Positions 41,710 to 51,912 of a DNA stretch of 64,000 nucleotides are shown here, one piece after another (within the stretch, counting starts at the first letter, position 1; each line of letters opens with the position of its first letter). This DNA comes from an uncultured bacterium (GTDB lineage Bacteria > Zixibacteria > MSB-5A5 > CAIYYT01): assembly GCA_963726455.1 (NCBI GenBank), contig CAVSCK010000003.1:704001-768000 (forward strand). The letters run 5' to 3'. The notes under the pieces are model-generated. The model made no database searches and was not told where the DNA came from. It was given only the letters and a program-made list of their open reading frames with translations. The position numbers and the translations under genes are program-made.

Positions 41710-41769
41710 GTGATTCCTCCTGTGAATCAGTCAAATGCTAGGGAACATCAGTAGGGTCAAGTACTCGGA

Positions 41770-41834
41770 GCAAAACCCCTGCCACCACTACCTGAGTTGC
41801 GCCAACATTTTCTATCGCCGTTAATGCATTGATA
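41770..41834 (-). promoter_or_regulatory. Sigma54 promoter and IHF site of the second PEP-CTERM gene
   Basis: TGGCAGGGGTTTTGC (GG-N10-GC) at 41784-41770; TATCAA-TGCA-TTA at 41834-41822. Confidence 0.65.
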
Positions 41835-42127
41835 GTTAATGTGTTGCAGGAATGATCCAGCATTAAATCTGGAGATTTATTCCGACATTCAGGACGCAAA
41901 TAGCCCGATTTCCGGACGACTATTGGCCGAGCATTCCGGACTATCCGGTTAATAAATTGTCCTGCAATAAAATACGGCAGGTCGCAGATTGTCCTGCTTC
42001 TGAACGGTGCGGACCGGCCGGCATCCAAGACCTTGTGCCTGCGGGGCTTGGACATTCTCATTGATTTGATTTGCCCAGCCATCCTCGACTGCCTAACTTT
42101 CCAGTCAATAACGAAAGGCAGGGATCA

Positions 42128-42856
42128 ATGCTCACCGACAAACAAGATGCCTACGGGCATGAAGTCTACGACTACCTTCACGGCATACCAAGTCGCGAAA
42201 TCGTCGAACGTGACGACGGTTACTTCGATATCAGTTCTGGCGCACCGGCATACTTTGCTCCGTTCAAACACTGGTTAACTTATGAGAAGAAGGCGATTCG
42301 TTATGCCCGCGGCCGGGTACTGGACATCGGTTGCGGCGCCGGCAGAGTGCTGTTGCATTTGCAGGAGCGCGGGCACGAATGTGTCGGGATCGATATCTCA
42401 CCGTTGGCGATCAAGACCTGCAAAGAACGCGGCGCCAAGGATGCCCGAATAATGCCAATCACTCAGATCAGTCAGCGCCTGGGACAGTTCGATTCGATTG
42501 TGATGTTCGGAAACAATTTCGGCCTGATGGGAGGACGCCGTCGCGGCAAATGGCTGCTGCGGAAATTGTATCTCATCACCACACCAGGTGCGCGAATAAT
42601 TGCGGCGAGCGCGGATCCCTACCCGACGAAGGAGCCCGATCACCTCTTGTACCAAAAACTTAACCGCAAGCGCGGACGTATGGGCGGACAAATCCGTATC
42701 AGGATCAGATACAAGACGTATGTAACGCCCTGGTTCGACTACCTGCTGGCGTCACGCGAGGAAATTATCGACTTGCTTGCAGGCACGGGCTGGCAGGTGA
42801 AGACCTTCATTGACTCGGGAGCGTATTATTACGCTGCGATAATTGAGAAGAAGTAA
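42128..42856 (+). CDS. Class I SAM-dependent methyltransferase
   Basis: VLDIGCGAGR, GIDISP, FDSIVMFGNN. Confidence 0.88.
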   Translation: MLTDKQDAYGHEVYDYLHGIPSREIVERDDGYFDISSGAPAYFAPFKHWLTYEKKAIRYARGRVLDIGCGAGRVLLHLQERGHECVGIDISPLAIKTCKERGAKDARIMPITQISQRLGQFDSIVMFGNNFGLMGGRRRGKWLLRKLYLITTPGARIIAASADPYPTKEPDHLLYQKLNRKRGRMGGQIRIRIRYKTYVTPWFDYLLASREEIIDLLAGTGWQVKTFIDSGAYYYAAIIEKK

Positions 42857-42858
42857 CA

Positions 42859-43707
42859 TTGAGTTTCGACCTGCCGAACTCGTGTAATAAGGATATGACC
42901 AGGAAGACCGATACTGACGCCAAAACGCGTCGTGTACTCGAGCGCATGGGTGGCTCGCTGAAGGCGTTCTCAACGAAGGCAGCCGATTACTCCGCGTCGA
43001 GACCTGACTATCCCGCAGCGTTTTTCGATACGCTGGTTTCAGATTGTGGATTAAAGACCCATGCAGTGATAGCCGACCTTGGCGCGGGCACCGGATTGCT
43101 GACCCTGGGATTCCTGCAAAGGGGGTATTCCGTAGTTGCCGTTGAGCCGAATGTTGCGATGCGGGAAACTTGCGACAAATTCCTGGGTAAGTTCCCCGGA
43201 TACCGAAGTATCGAGGGCACTGCCGAGTCTAACCCACTTGAGAATTCCTCCGTTGATCTGGTAACTGCGGCCCAGGCATTCCATTGGTTCGATATCGAGA
43301 AGGCAAGAACCGAGTGTTTGCGGATACTCCGGCCGCTGGGCAGTGTCGCCATAGTTTGGAACGACCGGGCTCGTGAGGATCCGCTGCAAGAATCGCTCGA
43401 CAAGATATTTGCCGAATTTGGCGGTGCCAGAAGAGCGGCGTTAGCTGCTCGCGAGAAGGTCAATCGACTACTGGAATTTTTCGGAACGGCGGTTCCGCGC
43501 GAGTATTCGTGGCCCCACCAGCACCTGCTCGGCGAGGAAGGTCTGATCAGCCTGGCTTTTTCCCGTTCCTATATGCCCGGGAGGGAATCGGCCGCAGGTA
43601 AGAAGATCACGTCACGAGTGCGACGCCTGTTCGAACAATTCTCTGAGAACTACCAAGTAACAGTCCGATACAGGACAATCGCGATGACTGGCCGGCCGGT
43701 TAAATAG
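42859..43707 (+). CDS. Class I SAM-dependent methyltransferase
   Basis: RPDYP, ADLGAGTG, AVEPN, AAQAFHWFD; start uncertain. Confidence 0.88.
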   Translation: MSFDLPNSCNKDMTRKTDTDAKTRRVLERMGGSLKAFSTKAADYSASRPDYPAAFFDTLVSDCGLKTHAVIADLGAGTGLLTLGFLQRGYSVVAVEPNVAMRETCDKFLGKFPGYRSIEGTAESNPLENSSVDLVTAAQAFHWFDIEKARTECLRILRPLGSVAIVWNDRAREDPLQESLDKIFAEFGGARRAALAAREKVNRLLEFFGTAVPREYSWPHQHLLGEEGLISLAFSRSYMPGRESAAGKKITSRVRRLFEQFSENYQVTVRYRTIAMTGRPVK

Positions 43708-43852
43708 GTCGCGATTCTTCGCGAAGTGATGCCGGAAACCTTGCAGGTCTGAACTCCTTACGAATTACTGCTGACGCAGGGTTACGCCGGAGAAACGAAG
43801 CGGTAACGAAAGTTTGGCCCACAATCACAATTTGACGCGACCCAACTTCAAC

Positions 43853-44347
43853 TCACACCCCGCTTTTCACCGTCTCTTTGCCATCGTAGGCCCGCTGCAG
43901 GCCTTTGATGTCCAGCTTGTTCATCTGCATCATCGCCAGGAAGACTCGCTTCGACTTTTCCGCGTCTTTGTCTTCCATCATTTCGCCCAAGATGGTAGGG
44001 ACGATGTTCCACGACACGCCGTACTTGTCCAGCAACCATCCACAGCCAAGCGTCTTACCCCCGGCCGACAACTTCTCCCAGTATTCATCGACTTCTTCCT
44101 GGGTCTTGCAGTTGACGAAGAACGACGGCGCCGGTGTGTAGTTGATTTGCGAACCGGCGTTGAGGGCGTAGAATTCCTCGCCGTCGAGTTGGAATGTCAC
44201 AAACAGAACAGAACCTTTCGGCCCGGGACCGACCTCGGTGTGGCGCTGGATTTTTTCAATCTTTGAGTTCTTGAATATCGAGGTGTAGAATTGCGCCGCT
44301 TCTTCGGCCTCGTCATTAAACAACATAAACGGGACGATTTTCCGCAT
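43853..44347 (-). CDS. VOC/PhnB-like protein (3-demethylubiquinone-9 3-methyltransferase family)
   Basis: KIVPFMLFNDEAEEAAQFY, CGWLLDKYGVSW, MMQMNKLDI. Confidence 0.9.
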   Translation of the reverse strand: MRKIVPFMLFNDEAEEAAQFYTSIFKNSKIEKIQRHTEVGPGPKGSVLFVTFQLDGEEFYALNAGSQINYTPAPSFFVNCKTQEEVDEYWEKLSAGGKTLGCGWLLDKYGVSWNIVPTILGEMMEDKDAEKSKRVFLAMMQMNKLDIKGLQRAYDGKETVKSGV

Positions 44348-44462
44348 AACGACTCCTCTCGGTGAGATTCGATTTCCGTGCGAACCGTGCGCATCGTCAA
44401 AAGCGGGCGCCGGCTTTAAGTAGAGTACGAGGAAACAGGAGAGATTTGCGTCACATTTGACT

Positions 44463-44894
44463 TTAGTATTGCCAAAAAACACGGGCGTAGAAGCTCTGAC
44501 GCCCGTCAACGAAAGAATCACTCAGGACCAGCGTGTCGCCGGCCAGGAGTTCGATAATCTCATAGGGAGAATTCGGTTTGGGAATGCTGTCAAAGACAAT
44601 GACTTCGGCCACCGTGTGGCGCCCGATATCGCGGGATCCCGTCCAATATTTTCCGCGAGATACCTCCGTTCCTTCGCTGTAATTGACGAAGTTACATCGC
44701 CAGTCCAATAACAAAACCCTGGAAGGGCCAAACACACCTACCTGACTGCAGCCACCAGTCCAACCACCGCATGTACGCACCCACTTCCAATATCCTGTAT
44801 ATGACGTATTACACGAATCGAACGTGATTTCGTCAGCATGGACGGCGATTGCGGCCACCATGACCAAAATTCCGAGCAACGCTGCGCGCCACAT
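44463..44894 (-). CDS. Hypothetical secreted protein
   Basis: Signal peptide, GGAGG RBS; GYWKWVRTCGGWTG, DTLVLSD. Confidence 0.6.
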   Translation of the reverse strand: MWRAALLGILVMVAAIAVHADEITFDSCNTSYTGYWKWVRTCGGWTGGCSQVGVFGPSRVLLLDWRCNFVNYSEGTEVSRGKYWTGSRDIGRHTVAEVIVFDSIPKPNSPYEIIELLAGDTLVLSDSFVDGRQSFYARVFWQY

Positions 44895-45015
44895 AATAGA
44901 CCTCCCGTTGATATAGATCCCGAGTCACCACTTGCGGAATGTGCTTATTCGGCCTGCCGAGGTGCACCAGGAATGAAGTCTTACAATCTGTTTGACAGCG
45001 CGCCCCAGAATTGTC

Positions 45016-45393
45016 CTACGTAGTAATTTGACTGGATGCCGGATCATCCCCCGGAGATCGCGGCGGCAAGTAACCGTCGGTCAAGTGTCGTGGTGGATAT
45101 CCGGTCGGCGGCCAGCGCAAAACCAGGCACGCGAAACCGCATTCCCCATCTTCGTCGCCATCTTCATTACCTTCATCGTCGTCACCCTCGGCGACTCCGA
45201 CAGTTGAGGGAGTTCCCTGACCCGATCTGTGTCTTGGCGACCTGTTGGTCGCTACCTTGTGGCAGGATCGGCATCGTCTGGGATCGTCCTTGTAGCCCTT
45301 TTCGTTAAAGTACTCTTGCGCCGATGCAGGAAAGACAAACTCCTCTTTACAGTCGACACAAATGAGGATCTTATCCGTAAAACGTCCTTGCAT
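45016..45393 (-). CDS. Zinc-ribbon domain protein with acidic tail
   Basis: DKILICVDCKEEFVF..QEYF.EKGY..PRRCRSC. Confidence 0.75.
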   Translation of the reverse strand: MQGRFTDKILICVDCKEEFVFPASAQEYFNEKGYKDDPRRCRSCHKVATNRSPRHRSGQGTPSTVGVAEGDDDEGNEDGDEDGECGFACLVLRWPPTGYPPRHLTDGYLPPRSPGDDPASSQITT

Positions 45394-45618
45394 GAAACTG
45401 GCCCTCCCTTCCCTGAGATGAAGCCCGCAAGTAGTTCGGTTGACTTGTGCGAAATATCACAATCTCAACGACATACGCAAGCGTTTTCTTGTCCGGAACC
45501 GGCAGTCGGCAGTACTTTCCCATGCTTCATTCGCGGTCACTTTTCCGCGGCTGCAACTTCCGGAGGGATTTTCCGTAGAGAAAACTAATCGCTGATAGAA
45601 ACAACCGCGGAGGTTCAG

Positions 45619-46233
45619 ATGAGAGCATTTAGCATACTAATTTTGGCCGGCATGCTGACGCTGCCGACGGTGGCGTTTGGGCATACCGTCCATGTCGACC
45701 GTTCGAAAGTGCACCGGCACGAGAGCACGATTAAGCACGATCATAAGGACAACAACCCTACGTGTATCTTTGGTGACGAAGTCCGCAACTTTAGCTTCAA
45801 GCACAATACCGTCATCATTACTTACTCTGAAGGTGTTCCCGAGGAACTTGAGATCAATGATCGGCACGAGCTCTATGTCGATGGCAAACGAGTGAATCTG
45901 AATGGTGACCAACAGAAATTGGTGGGCGAGTTCTACGAAAAGATCAGGGAGCTGATCGACGACGCCAAGGAAGTCGGCCTTGAAGGAGCTGGCGTCGGAC
46001 TGCAAGGAGCCAAGGTCGCCGTCAAAGCCATGGCTGGCGTGTTCGCAATGCTTTGCACCAGCTATACCAGTGACGATTTGGAACGTGACATGGAGCGTGA
46101 GTCGGCCAAGATCGAGCATCGTGCGGCGGAATTGGAAGCCAAAGCGAGCAAGATCGAGGATCGCGCCAACGAGGCCGAACGACTTTACGAAAAGATGGAA
46201 GAGAGTATTCCGGAACTACATCGCGGCATTTAA
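45619..46233 (+). CDS. Secreted DUF2884/YggN-like protein
   Basis: Signal peptide; LYVDGKRVNLNGDQQKLV..FY followed by a long coiled coil. Confidence 0.65.
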   Translation: MRAFSILILAGMLTLPTVAFGHTVHVDRSKVHRHESTIKHDHKDNNPTCIFGDEVRNFSFKHNTVIITYSEGVPEELEINDRHELYVDGKRVNLNGDQQKLVGEFYEKIRELIDDAKEVGLEGAGVGLQGAKVAVKAMAGVFAMLCTSYTSDDLERDMERESAKIEHRAAELEAKASKIEDRANEAERLYEKMEESIPELHRGI

Positions 46234-46239
46234 CCTTGC

Positions 46240-46998
46240 ATGAGCGACACAGCAAAACTCAAACTCTACTCCGATCTCGCAGAGTGGTGGCCGCTGTTGT
46301 CATCTCCGGCCGAATACCTGGAAGAAGCTGCGATCTATAAAGATCTTCTGATCTCTGCCTGTGCCATTCCTCCGAAAACCTTGCTCGAATTAGGCAGCGG
46401 CGGAGGCAATAACGCGTCACACCTCAAGAAACATTTCCAAATGACACTGGTTGACCTCTCTGAGAACATGCTCGATGTCAGCCGCAAACTCAATCCCGAG
46501 TGCGAGCACGTTCAGGGAGACATGCGCTCGGTGAGATTGGGGCGCGAGTTTGACGCTGTGTTCGTTCAGGATGCTGTCTCGTACATCGCGACTGAATCAG
46601 ACCTGCAGTCTACGATCCAAACGGTCTGGGTTCATTGCCGCCCGGGAGGCGCTGCCCTGTTTGCACCGGACCGGATTCGCGAGTCCTTCCGAACTACGAC
46701 CGATCACGGCGGTCACGATGCGGCCAACCGCAGTCTTCGATATCTGGAATATGCGTGGGATCCTGATCCCACGGACTCCACCTATATCTCCGACATGGTT
46801 TATCTACTTCGTGATGAGCGAGGACAGATCCGAATCGAATACGATCGCCATGTTCTCGGGCTGTTTTCTCGCGACGTGTGGCTGCGCCTGATTACAAGTG
46901 TCGGCTTCAATGTGCGAGCCGTACCTCTTGTCCACAGCGAAGTCGAGCGCGGATTGCACGAGCTGTTTGTATGCAGCAAGCCACTGGTCACTAAGTGA
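46240..46998 (+). CDS. Class I SAM-dependent methyltransferase
   Basis: LLELGSGGG, VDLSENML, GDMR, FDAVF. Confidence 0.9.
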   Translation: MSDTAKLKLYSDLAEWWPLLSSPAEYLEEAAIYKDLLISACAIPPKTLLELGSGGGNNASHLKKHFQMTLVDLSENMLDVSRKLNPECEHVQGDMRSVRLGREFDAVFVQDAVSYIATESDLQSTIQTVWVHCRPGGAALFAPDRIRESFRTTTDHGGHDAANRSLRYLEYAWDPDPTDSTYISDMVYLLRDERGQIRIEYDRHVLGLFSRDVWLRLITSVGFNVRAVPLVHSEVERGLHELFVCSKPLVTK

Positions 46999-47020
46999 AC
47001 TGCTAGTTCGACAGTCGAAG

Positions 47021-47914
47021 TTATTCCACCGTGCTTTTCGGCTGACCGCGTCCGCTTCGTCTTTCAGCCCAATACACGCCGCCAAGAATCAGCAGTGCAC
47101 CAACCGCCGAGGCGACGCCAAATTCCTCGTCAAGGTACGACACCGCCAGAATTGTCGTAGATATCGGCTCAAGGTAGAGGAATATGCCGGCCTTGGCGGC
47201 GCCGACCTTGGCTAAACCCTCTTGCCAGAACCATTGCCCCAACGCCATTCCCAGAATTCCCAGAAAGAGTAACGAAAGTGTAGCCGACATCGGCATCTGC
47301 AAGAAGCGGCTCCAGTCTGACGTCAACAGCATGTAAATGGTAAGTCCAACCGTCGCCGGCAGCAGGACAGCAATCGTCACTACGACGGGATCATGCGCGC
47401 GCGAAAGGTCGCGCGTGGTCACGGTGTATATTGCCCAGGTAAACGCAGACGCGAGCACCAGCCAATCGCCAACATTGCGCAACCAGCCGAGGTGAGTCAG
47501 ATCGCCGTGCGACACCAGGGCGACAACGCCGCACGTCGCGATAGTAATGCCGATAATTTCTCGCTTCCCGATCTTCTCGCGCAAGAATACGGAAGACAAC
47601 ACTGCCAGCACGAGTGGTGTGCAGGCAATCAGCCAGCCGGTGTTGGTCGCTGACGTGTACTTGATGCCGGTTATCTGGATCAGGAAGTGGGCACAAATTA
47701 CGGTAGAGCTTGCAAGGACAACCCACAGTTCCTTGGTGCTGAATCTGAATCGTACGCGCTTGGCAACTGCAATCAGCGCCAGAATCGGCATGGCTATTAT
47801 GAGCCGCAGACCGATCAATTCCGCGGGGTTTACATACGCAACCACGATCTTGGTCGCGACGAAGGTCGCTCCCCAGATGATTACTGTTATCAGAAGTAGA
47901 AAGCGGGCTGGCAT
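47021..47914 (-). CDS. DMT/EamA-family transporter
   Basis: IWGATF, about ten TM helices, LREK, YLEPI. Confidence 0.9.
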   Translation of the reverse strand: MPARFLLLITVIIWGATFVATKIVVAYVNPAELIGLRLIIAMPILALIAVAKRVRFRFSTKELWVVLASSTVICAHFLIQITGIKYTSATNTGWLIACTPLVLAVLSSVFLREKIGKREIIGITIATCGVVALVSHGDLTHLGWLRNVGDWLVLASAFTWAIYTVTTRDLSRAHDPVVVTIAVLLPATVGLTIYMLLTSDWSRFLQMPMSATLSLLFLGILGMALGQWFWQEGLAKVGAAKAGIFLYLEPISTTILAVSYLDEEFGVASAVGALLILGGVYWAERRSGRGQPKSTVE

Positions 47915-47992
47915 TGAGTCAATTTGCTATGCTCAAGGACATTGTGCCACGCCTAATTGACGTCGTGACCGGAGTTGCTCGCCGGCAACTCG

Positions 47993-49396
47993 TTATTGAG
48001 TGTAGCGCTTCTTGAATTCCTCGATCGCTTTCTTTCTAGCTTCCTTTACGTCGGCGGGTATATTGCCCGAGAACCATTGGTGGTCATCCATTTCGAGCGT
48101 CGTGCGAACTACTGCTGCAACTTCATTGGCCGCTCTTGCCTTGTCGCCGCCATCGCTTTTCGCTTTCTCGATGATAGCGTTCACCTGCGGCAGGAACTCG
48201 CTGTAGAAACGATCTGCGACTTCGAACATCCCGTGCCACTGGGTATAATCAGGCGCAAACATTGCGGTACCCATGCGGGCGCGTCTGCCCTCGTGGTGCC
48301 AAAGCAGAAAATAGGTCCACTCAATTTCGTCGTCGAACTGTATGTCGGGAGTGATCAATTTCCTGGTGAGCAGCAGATTGTAGATCTTAGTGGCCGGCAC
48401 CGCAAACTTGGTGTTGTAAAGTTGGACGACATCATCGTACTGCTGATAGAAGTTGTCGACGTAACTTGAGGCATGGCAATTATCACAAACCGCCTTCATA
48501 TCAGCCCGCCTGGCCTGCCAGGATTTCACCTGTAAACCCGCCTTGATAGCTGAGGTGTCGATTTTCTCGGAAATTGCCGGTCTGAGCGTCCAACTGATCC
48601 GGTCCCCGACATTGTGTGTTGTCGGCAAATCCATTGTCGCCCCCATATGGCAGGTCGCGCAAGTGGGCGCCGCGGAATAGTCCTTGCCGATTACCCACGA
48701 GGAGTTCGACAAGTTCATGCGACCGATATTGGCGTAATAAGCGATGCCGTGTTTTGACTCCTCGAAAATTTCCTTTTGCGGATGGTCTGGCCCCAGATGG
48801 CACTTGCCACAGTTTTCCGGTTGCCGCGCCAACGCCACGTCGAAGGAATGTCGGCTATGGCAGGCAGCGCAGGAACCTTTGGAACCGTCTGGGTTCAACC
48901 GCCCCATACCGGAATTCGGCCAAGTAGCGGCAGCAAGCTTTCCTTCCGGCAGAACCTTGACGACCGAGCCATGACACTGGTTGCAGCCGCTTACAGCCAC
49001 GGCTTCGCCTTCAACATCCTGTCCCAGAATATTGTCTGTGGAGCCGAGAATCCTGCCGGCATCGGCGTGGTGGGAGGCCTCGAATTGAGTTACCTCGTCG
49101 GTATGACATCTGGCACAGTCGTTGGGAGATACGATCAAGGCGATGAAAGAGCCGTTGTGTTCAAAGGCATCAGCATCTTTCGGATCGGCGGCGTGGCACT
49201 CGTAACAGCCAACGTTCACTGCGCAATGGCGGCTGTATCGCCATTCGCTAAGCAGGCCGGGCATCAACGATTCATGGCACCTGATGCAAGACGCAGACTC
49301 ATCCGACAGTCGTGTCGGAATGACCCTCTCAGTTTGGTCTGCGAAGACAGCGGTTACTGACATCCCAAGCAGTAACCAAATGACTAGCCCTTTCAT
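47993..49396 (-). CDS. Octaheme cytochrome c, hydroxylamine oxidoreductase-like family
   Basis: Signal peptide; eight CxxCH (CIRCH, CYECH, CARCH, CNQCH, CAACH, CGKCH, CATCH, CDNCH); HLGPDHPQKEIFEESKHG; WHHEGRRAR. Confidence 0.9.
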   Translation of the reverse strand: MKGLVIWLLLGMSVTAVFADQTERVIPTRLSDESASCIRCHESLMPGLLSEWRYSRHCAVNVGCYECHAADPKDADAFEHNGSFIALIVSPNDCARCHTDEVTQFEASHHADAGRILGSTDNILGQDVEGEAVAVSGCNQCHGSVVKVLPEGKLAAATWPNSGMGRLNPDGSKGSCAACHSRHSFDVALARQPENCGKCHLGPDHPQKEIFEESKHGIAYYANIGRMNLSNSSWVIGKDYSAAPTCATCHMGATMDLPTTHNVGDRISWTLRPAISEKIDTSAIKAGLQVKSWQARRADMKAVCDNCHASSYVDNFYQQYDDVVQLYNTKFAVPATKIYNLLLTRKLITPDIQFDDEIEWTYFLLWHHEGRRARMGTAMFAPDYTQWHGMFEVADRFYSEFLPQVNAIIEKAKSDGGDKARAANEVAAVVRTTLEMDDHQWFSGNIPADVKEARKKAIEEFKKRYTQ

Positions 49397-49667
49397 AGTA
49401 GTTACTCCTCTCTGGCTCTAGCTCCCGTTAGATATGCGACTGGAGGTGTCGCCTATCGTTTCTCGATGTTGTATCCCCGAAATCAAGTCGGTCAACAGAT
49501 CCACGTCAACAAACATTTCCAGCGTCGGCGCACACTCTTTTCACTTGCGGAACGGCAAATGGCGGCATAGATTAAGGTATAGACAAAAGAAAATACATCA
49601 CGCTGAGAGGATAAAGCAATCCCTGCTGTTGGGAGTTGGATTTCTAATTCGTCACAGGAGGACGCAG

Positions 49668-50741
49668 ATGAAAATCATAGGTCTTTTCCTCGCAATAACG
49701 CTGGCGGCACTGGCCGCAGGTTGTTCAGACAAACCTGTCAGCACCAATTCGGTTGACAATCAGTCCTTGACGGCGCGCCCGATCCCGCCCGAAGTTCAGG
49801 AGCTTATCGATCAAAATGCTCTGAATGTGACTGCGCTCGCAGGCGATCAGTCCGCCCGGTCGCTCGGATACAATACTCCGGCTGACAATGCGCAATATGA
49901 TGCGTACATCGTGACCTTCATCTGGGGCAGTCTGCTCAATGTTTCGAACCAATCCACGATTCTGCCGATCACAGACTGGTCGGGATCGCTGACCGCTCAT
50001 GCCGGCGGCCGGATTACGACCACCAAGACGATTGCCTTCGAAAGCGGGCAGGATTATCTGCTGCCCGTGTCGACTCCCGGAGTCGTTGCCTGGGTGTCAT
50101 GGACGGGTGCAGAATTTGACGGCATCAGCTCCATCGTGCTTCTGAATCGAAACTCGCCGGCTGCGAACGCCACCGCGATCACATTTGCCACTGCGCCATT
50201 TACTCTGCGCCTGACCGCCCCGCAAATGGCGTACTTCGCTGCCTACTATCAAATCAGCAATACGAGCGGTATCGCCGTATTTTCGCAGAAGATACCGATT
50301 AGCAGTGTCTGCCCGTCTGGTATTATGGCGGGACATTGGATCAAGTCTGATGTCGGCGGCACCAGCGGATCGTTCAGTGGCCTCTGGATGGAGCAGAACG
50401 GTGATACGTCCGGAGTCTTCAGCGGAGCATTCTGGACTGACTCCGACGGCAGCCGCCATTTCAGTGGCAACGTATCCGGAGTCTTCACCGATCAAATCAT
50501 CGCCTACCTGGACGGCACCTGGTACTATGACGATCCCCGGCTATGCCCGATGTGCGGCGCCGGCTTCGGCAAGTTCAAGGGTTTCTTCCGCTATCCTGAT
50601 CACAATGCAAACGATGGTGTTATCAAAGGCGAATTTGGCAGTCTGACTCTTCCTCCCGATCAGCTTGACATGCCGCTGTCGGGCGTCTGGGCGAAATTCT
50701 GTTACTGGACAACTCCCACGGCGGACGCCGCTGGACAATGA
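49668..50741 (+). CDS. Hypothetical lipoprotein
   Basis: AGGAGG RBS, lipobox AAGC; Gly/Trp-rich beta repeats in the C-terminal half. Confidence 0.7.
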   Translation: MKIIGLFLAITLAALAAGCSDKPVSTNSVDNQSLTARPIPPEVQELIDQNALNVTALAGDQSARSLGYNTPADNAQYDAYIVTFIWGSLLNVSNQSTILPITDWSGSLTAHAGGRITTTKTIAFESGQDYLLPVSTPGVVAWVSWTGAEFDGISSIVLLNRNSPAANATAITFATAPFTLRLTAPQMAYFAAYYQISNTSGIAVFSQKIPISSVCPSGIMAGHWIKSDVGGTSGSFSGLWMEQNGDTSGVFSGAFWTDSDGSRHFSGNVSGVFTDQIIAYLDGTWYYDDPRLCPMCGAGFGKFKGFFRYPDHNANDGVIKGEFGSLTLPPDQLDMPLSGVWAKFCYWTTPTADAAGQ

Positions 50742-50871
50742 GCCGGCGTCATTCGTATCTGTGATACTTTTGCTTTACCAAAATTACCGATTACACTCTG
50801 GGGCGACTGATCATCGCCCCGTTTGTCATCTGAGCCAACGAATTGCCTTTTTGCCGGAGCTTGAATAATGC

Positions 50872-51798
50872 ATGTTTGCGAACTGCGTCTGTCAAAGAGG
50901 AGCAAACGTGGAAAGAGCGTTGCAGATAACCGATCACATCACCCCCATCAAACAAATTCTCGCCAGAGACAACGAGTTCAGACAACTAGAACTACATCGT
51001 CTGATCCATCGACTTCGTAAATTAAACAGCAAACACTTCTACAAGAGCATGTCTGTCGACGAGGCAGTAGACAGAATTTTGGAGCCAGAATGGCGGCGGC
51101 GCGTTAAAGATTTCAGCATAAAGGAGTGGCAGGCCACCACCGAAGTTATCTGGCGGTATGCGCGCAAACTCCTGGGCGATGTCCCGCCTCCCGAGATCAT
51201 ACTGTATCCCGGCTTTAACCGCTGTAATGGGAGAGTCTACCGAGTTGACGACAGGCCGGTAATCGTTTGCTGCCCCGACTTTCCTGCCACAACGAGCAGG
51301 AGCGTAAAGCTGATAATCGCGCACGAGTACGTTCACTTCGCTCGATGGCGCATAACCGGCGTGGCTTCCGACAATCTTCCTATCTACGCCAACCTTTACG
51401 AGGAAGGTCTTGCCACCTGGATCTCGTCGCAGTTGCTTCCAGACTATAAACAAGCAGAAATCTTCATGTCTAACTTGCATCGGCTCGTGGGCCGGCCAAA
51501 TCCTGAGGGTGGTTATCAACTGTGGTGCCGAAGAAATGTAGAAGAGATCGCGAAGTTGGCGCAGCGCAACTTGCACGCTCGGAGCGGCAATGAGACAGGC
51601 CGATTGTTCCAGGGCGCTCGATTCCGTGGCGACAATACGCCAATTCGGACCGGATACTATTTGGGGTACCGCATAGTCGAAATGCTCGCTAAGGATACAA
51701 GGCCGAGAGAACTCCTGACATTGAGACCGACTGCGCGGCTCGTTTCTCATTGGCTTGAGCAATTGACCGACAGCGGCCAGGTCGGTGGAATCTGCTGA
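50872..51798 (+). CDS. DUF2268-like zinc metalloprotease
   Basis: AHEYVH, EEGLAT, RTGYYLGY; start uncertain. Confidence 0.75.
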   Translation: MFANCVCQRGANVERALQITDHITPIKQILARDNEFRQLELHRLIHRLRKLNSKHFYKSMSVDEAVDRILEPEWRRRVKDFSIKEWQATTEVIWRYARKLLGDVPPPEIILYPGFNRCNGRVYRVDDRPVIVCCPDFPATTSRSVKLIIAHEYVHFARWRITGVASDNLPIYANLYEEGLATWISSQLLPDYKQAEIFMSNLHRLVGRPNPEGGYQLWCRRNVEEIAKLAQRNLHARSGNETGRLFQGARFRGDNTPIRTGYYLGYRIVEMLAKDTRPRELLTLRPTARLVSHWLEQLTDSGQVGGIC

Positions 51799-51912
51799 TC
51801 GGCTTCATTCTCGCGATAGTTCTGTCTCCTCATACTCCCATAGGATATATTGGAGTAGCCCTGCCAGGGATGGAAGCGCGCGTAGTTGCCGCAACAGAAC
51901 GGAGATTATCAA

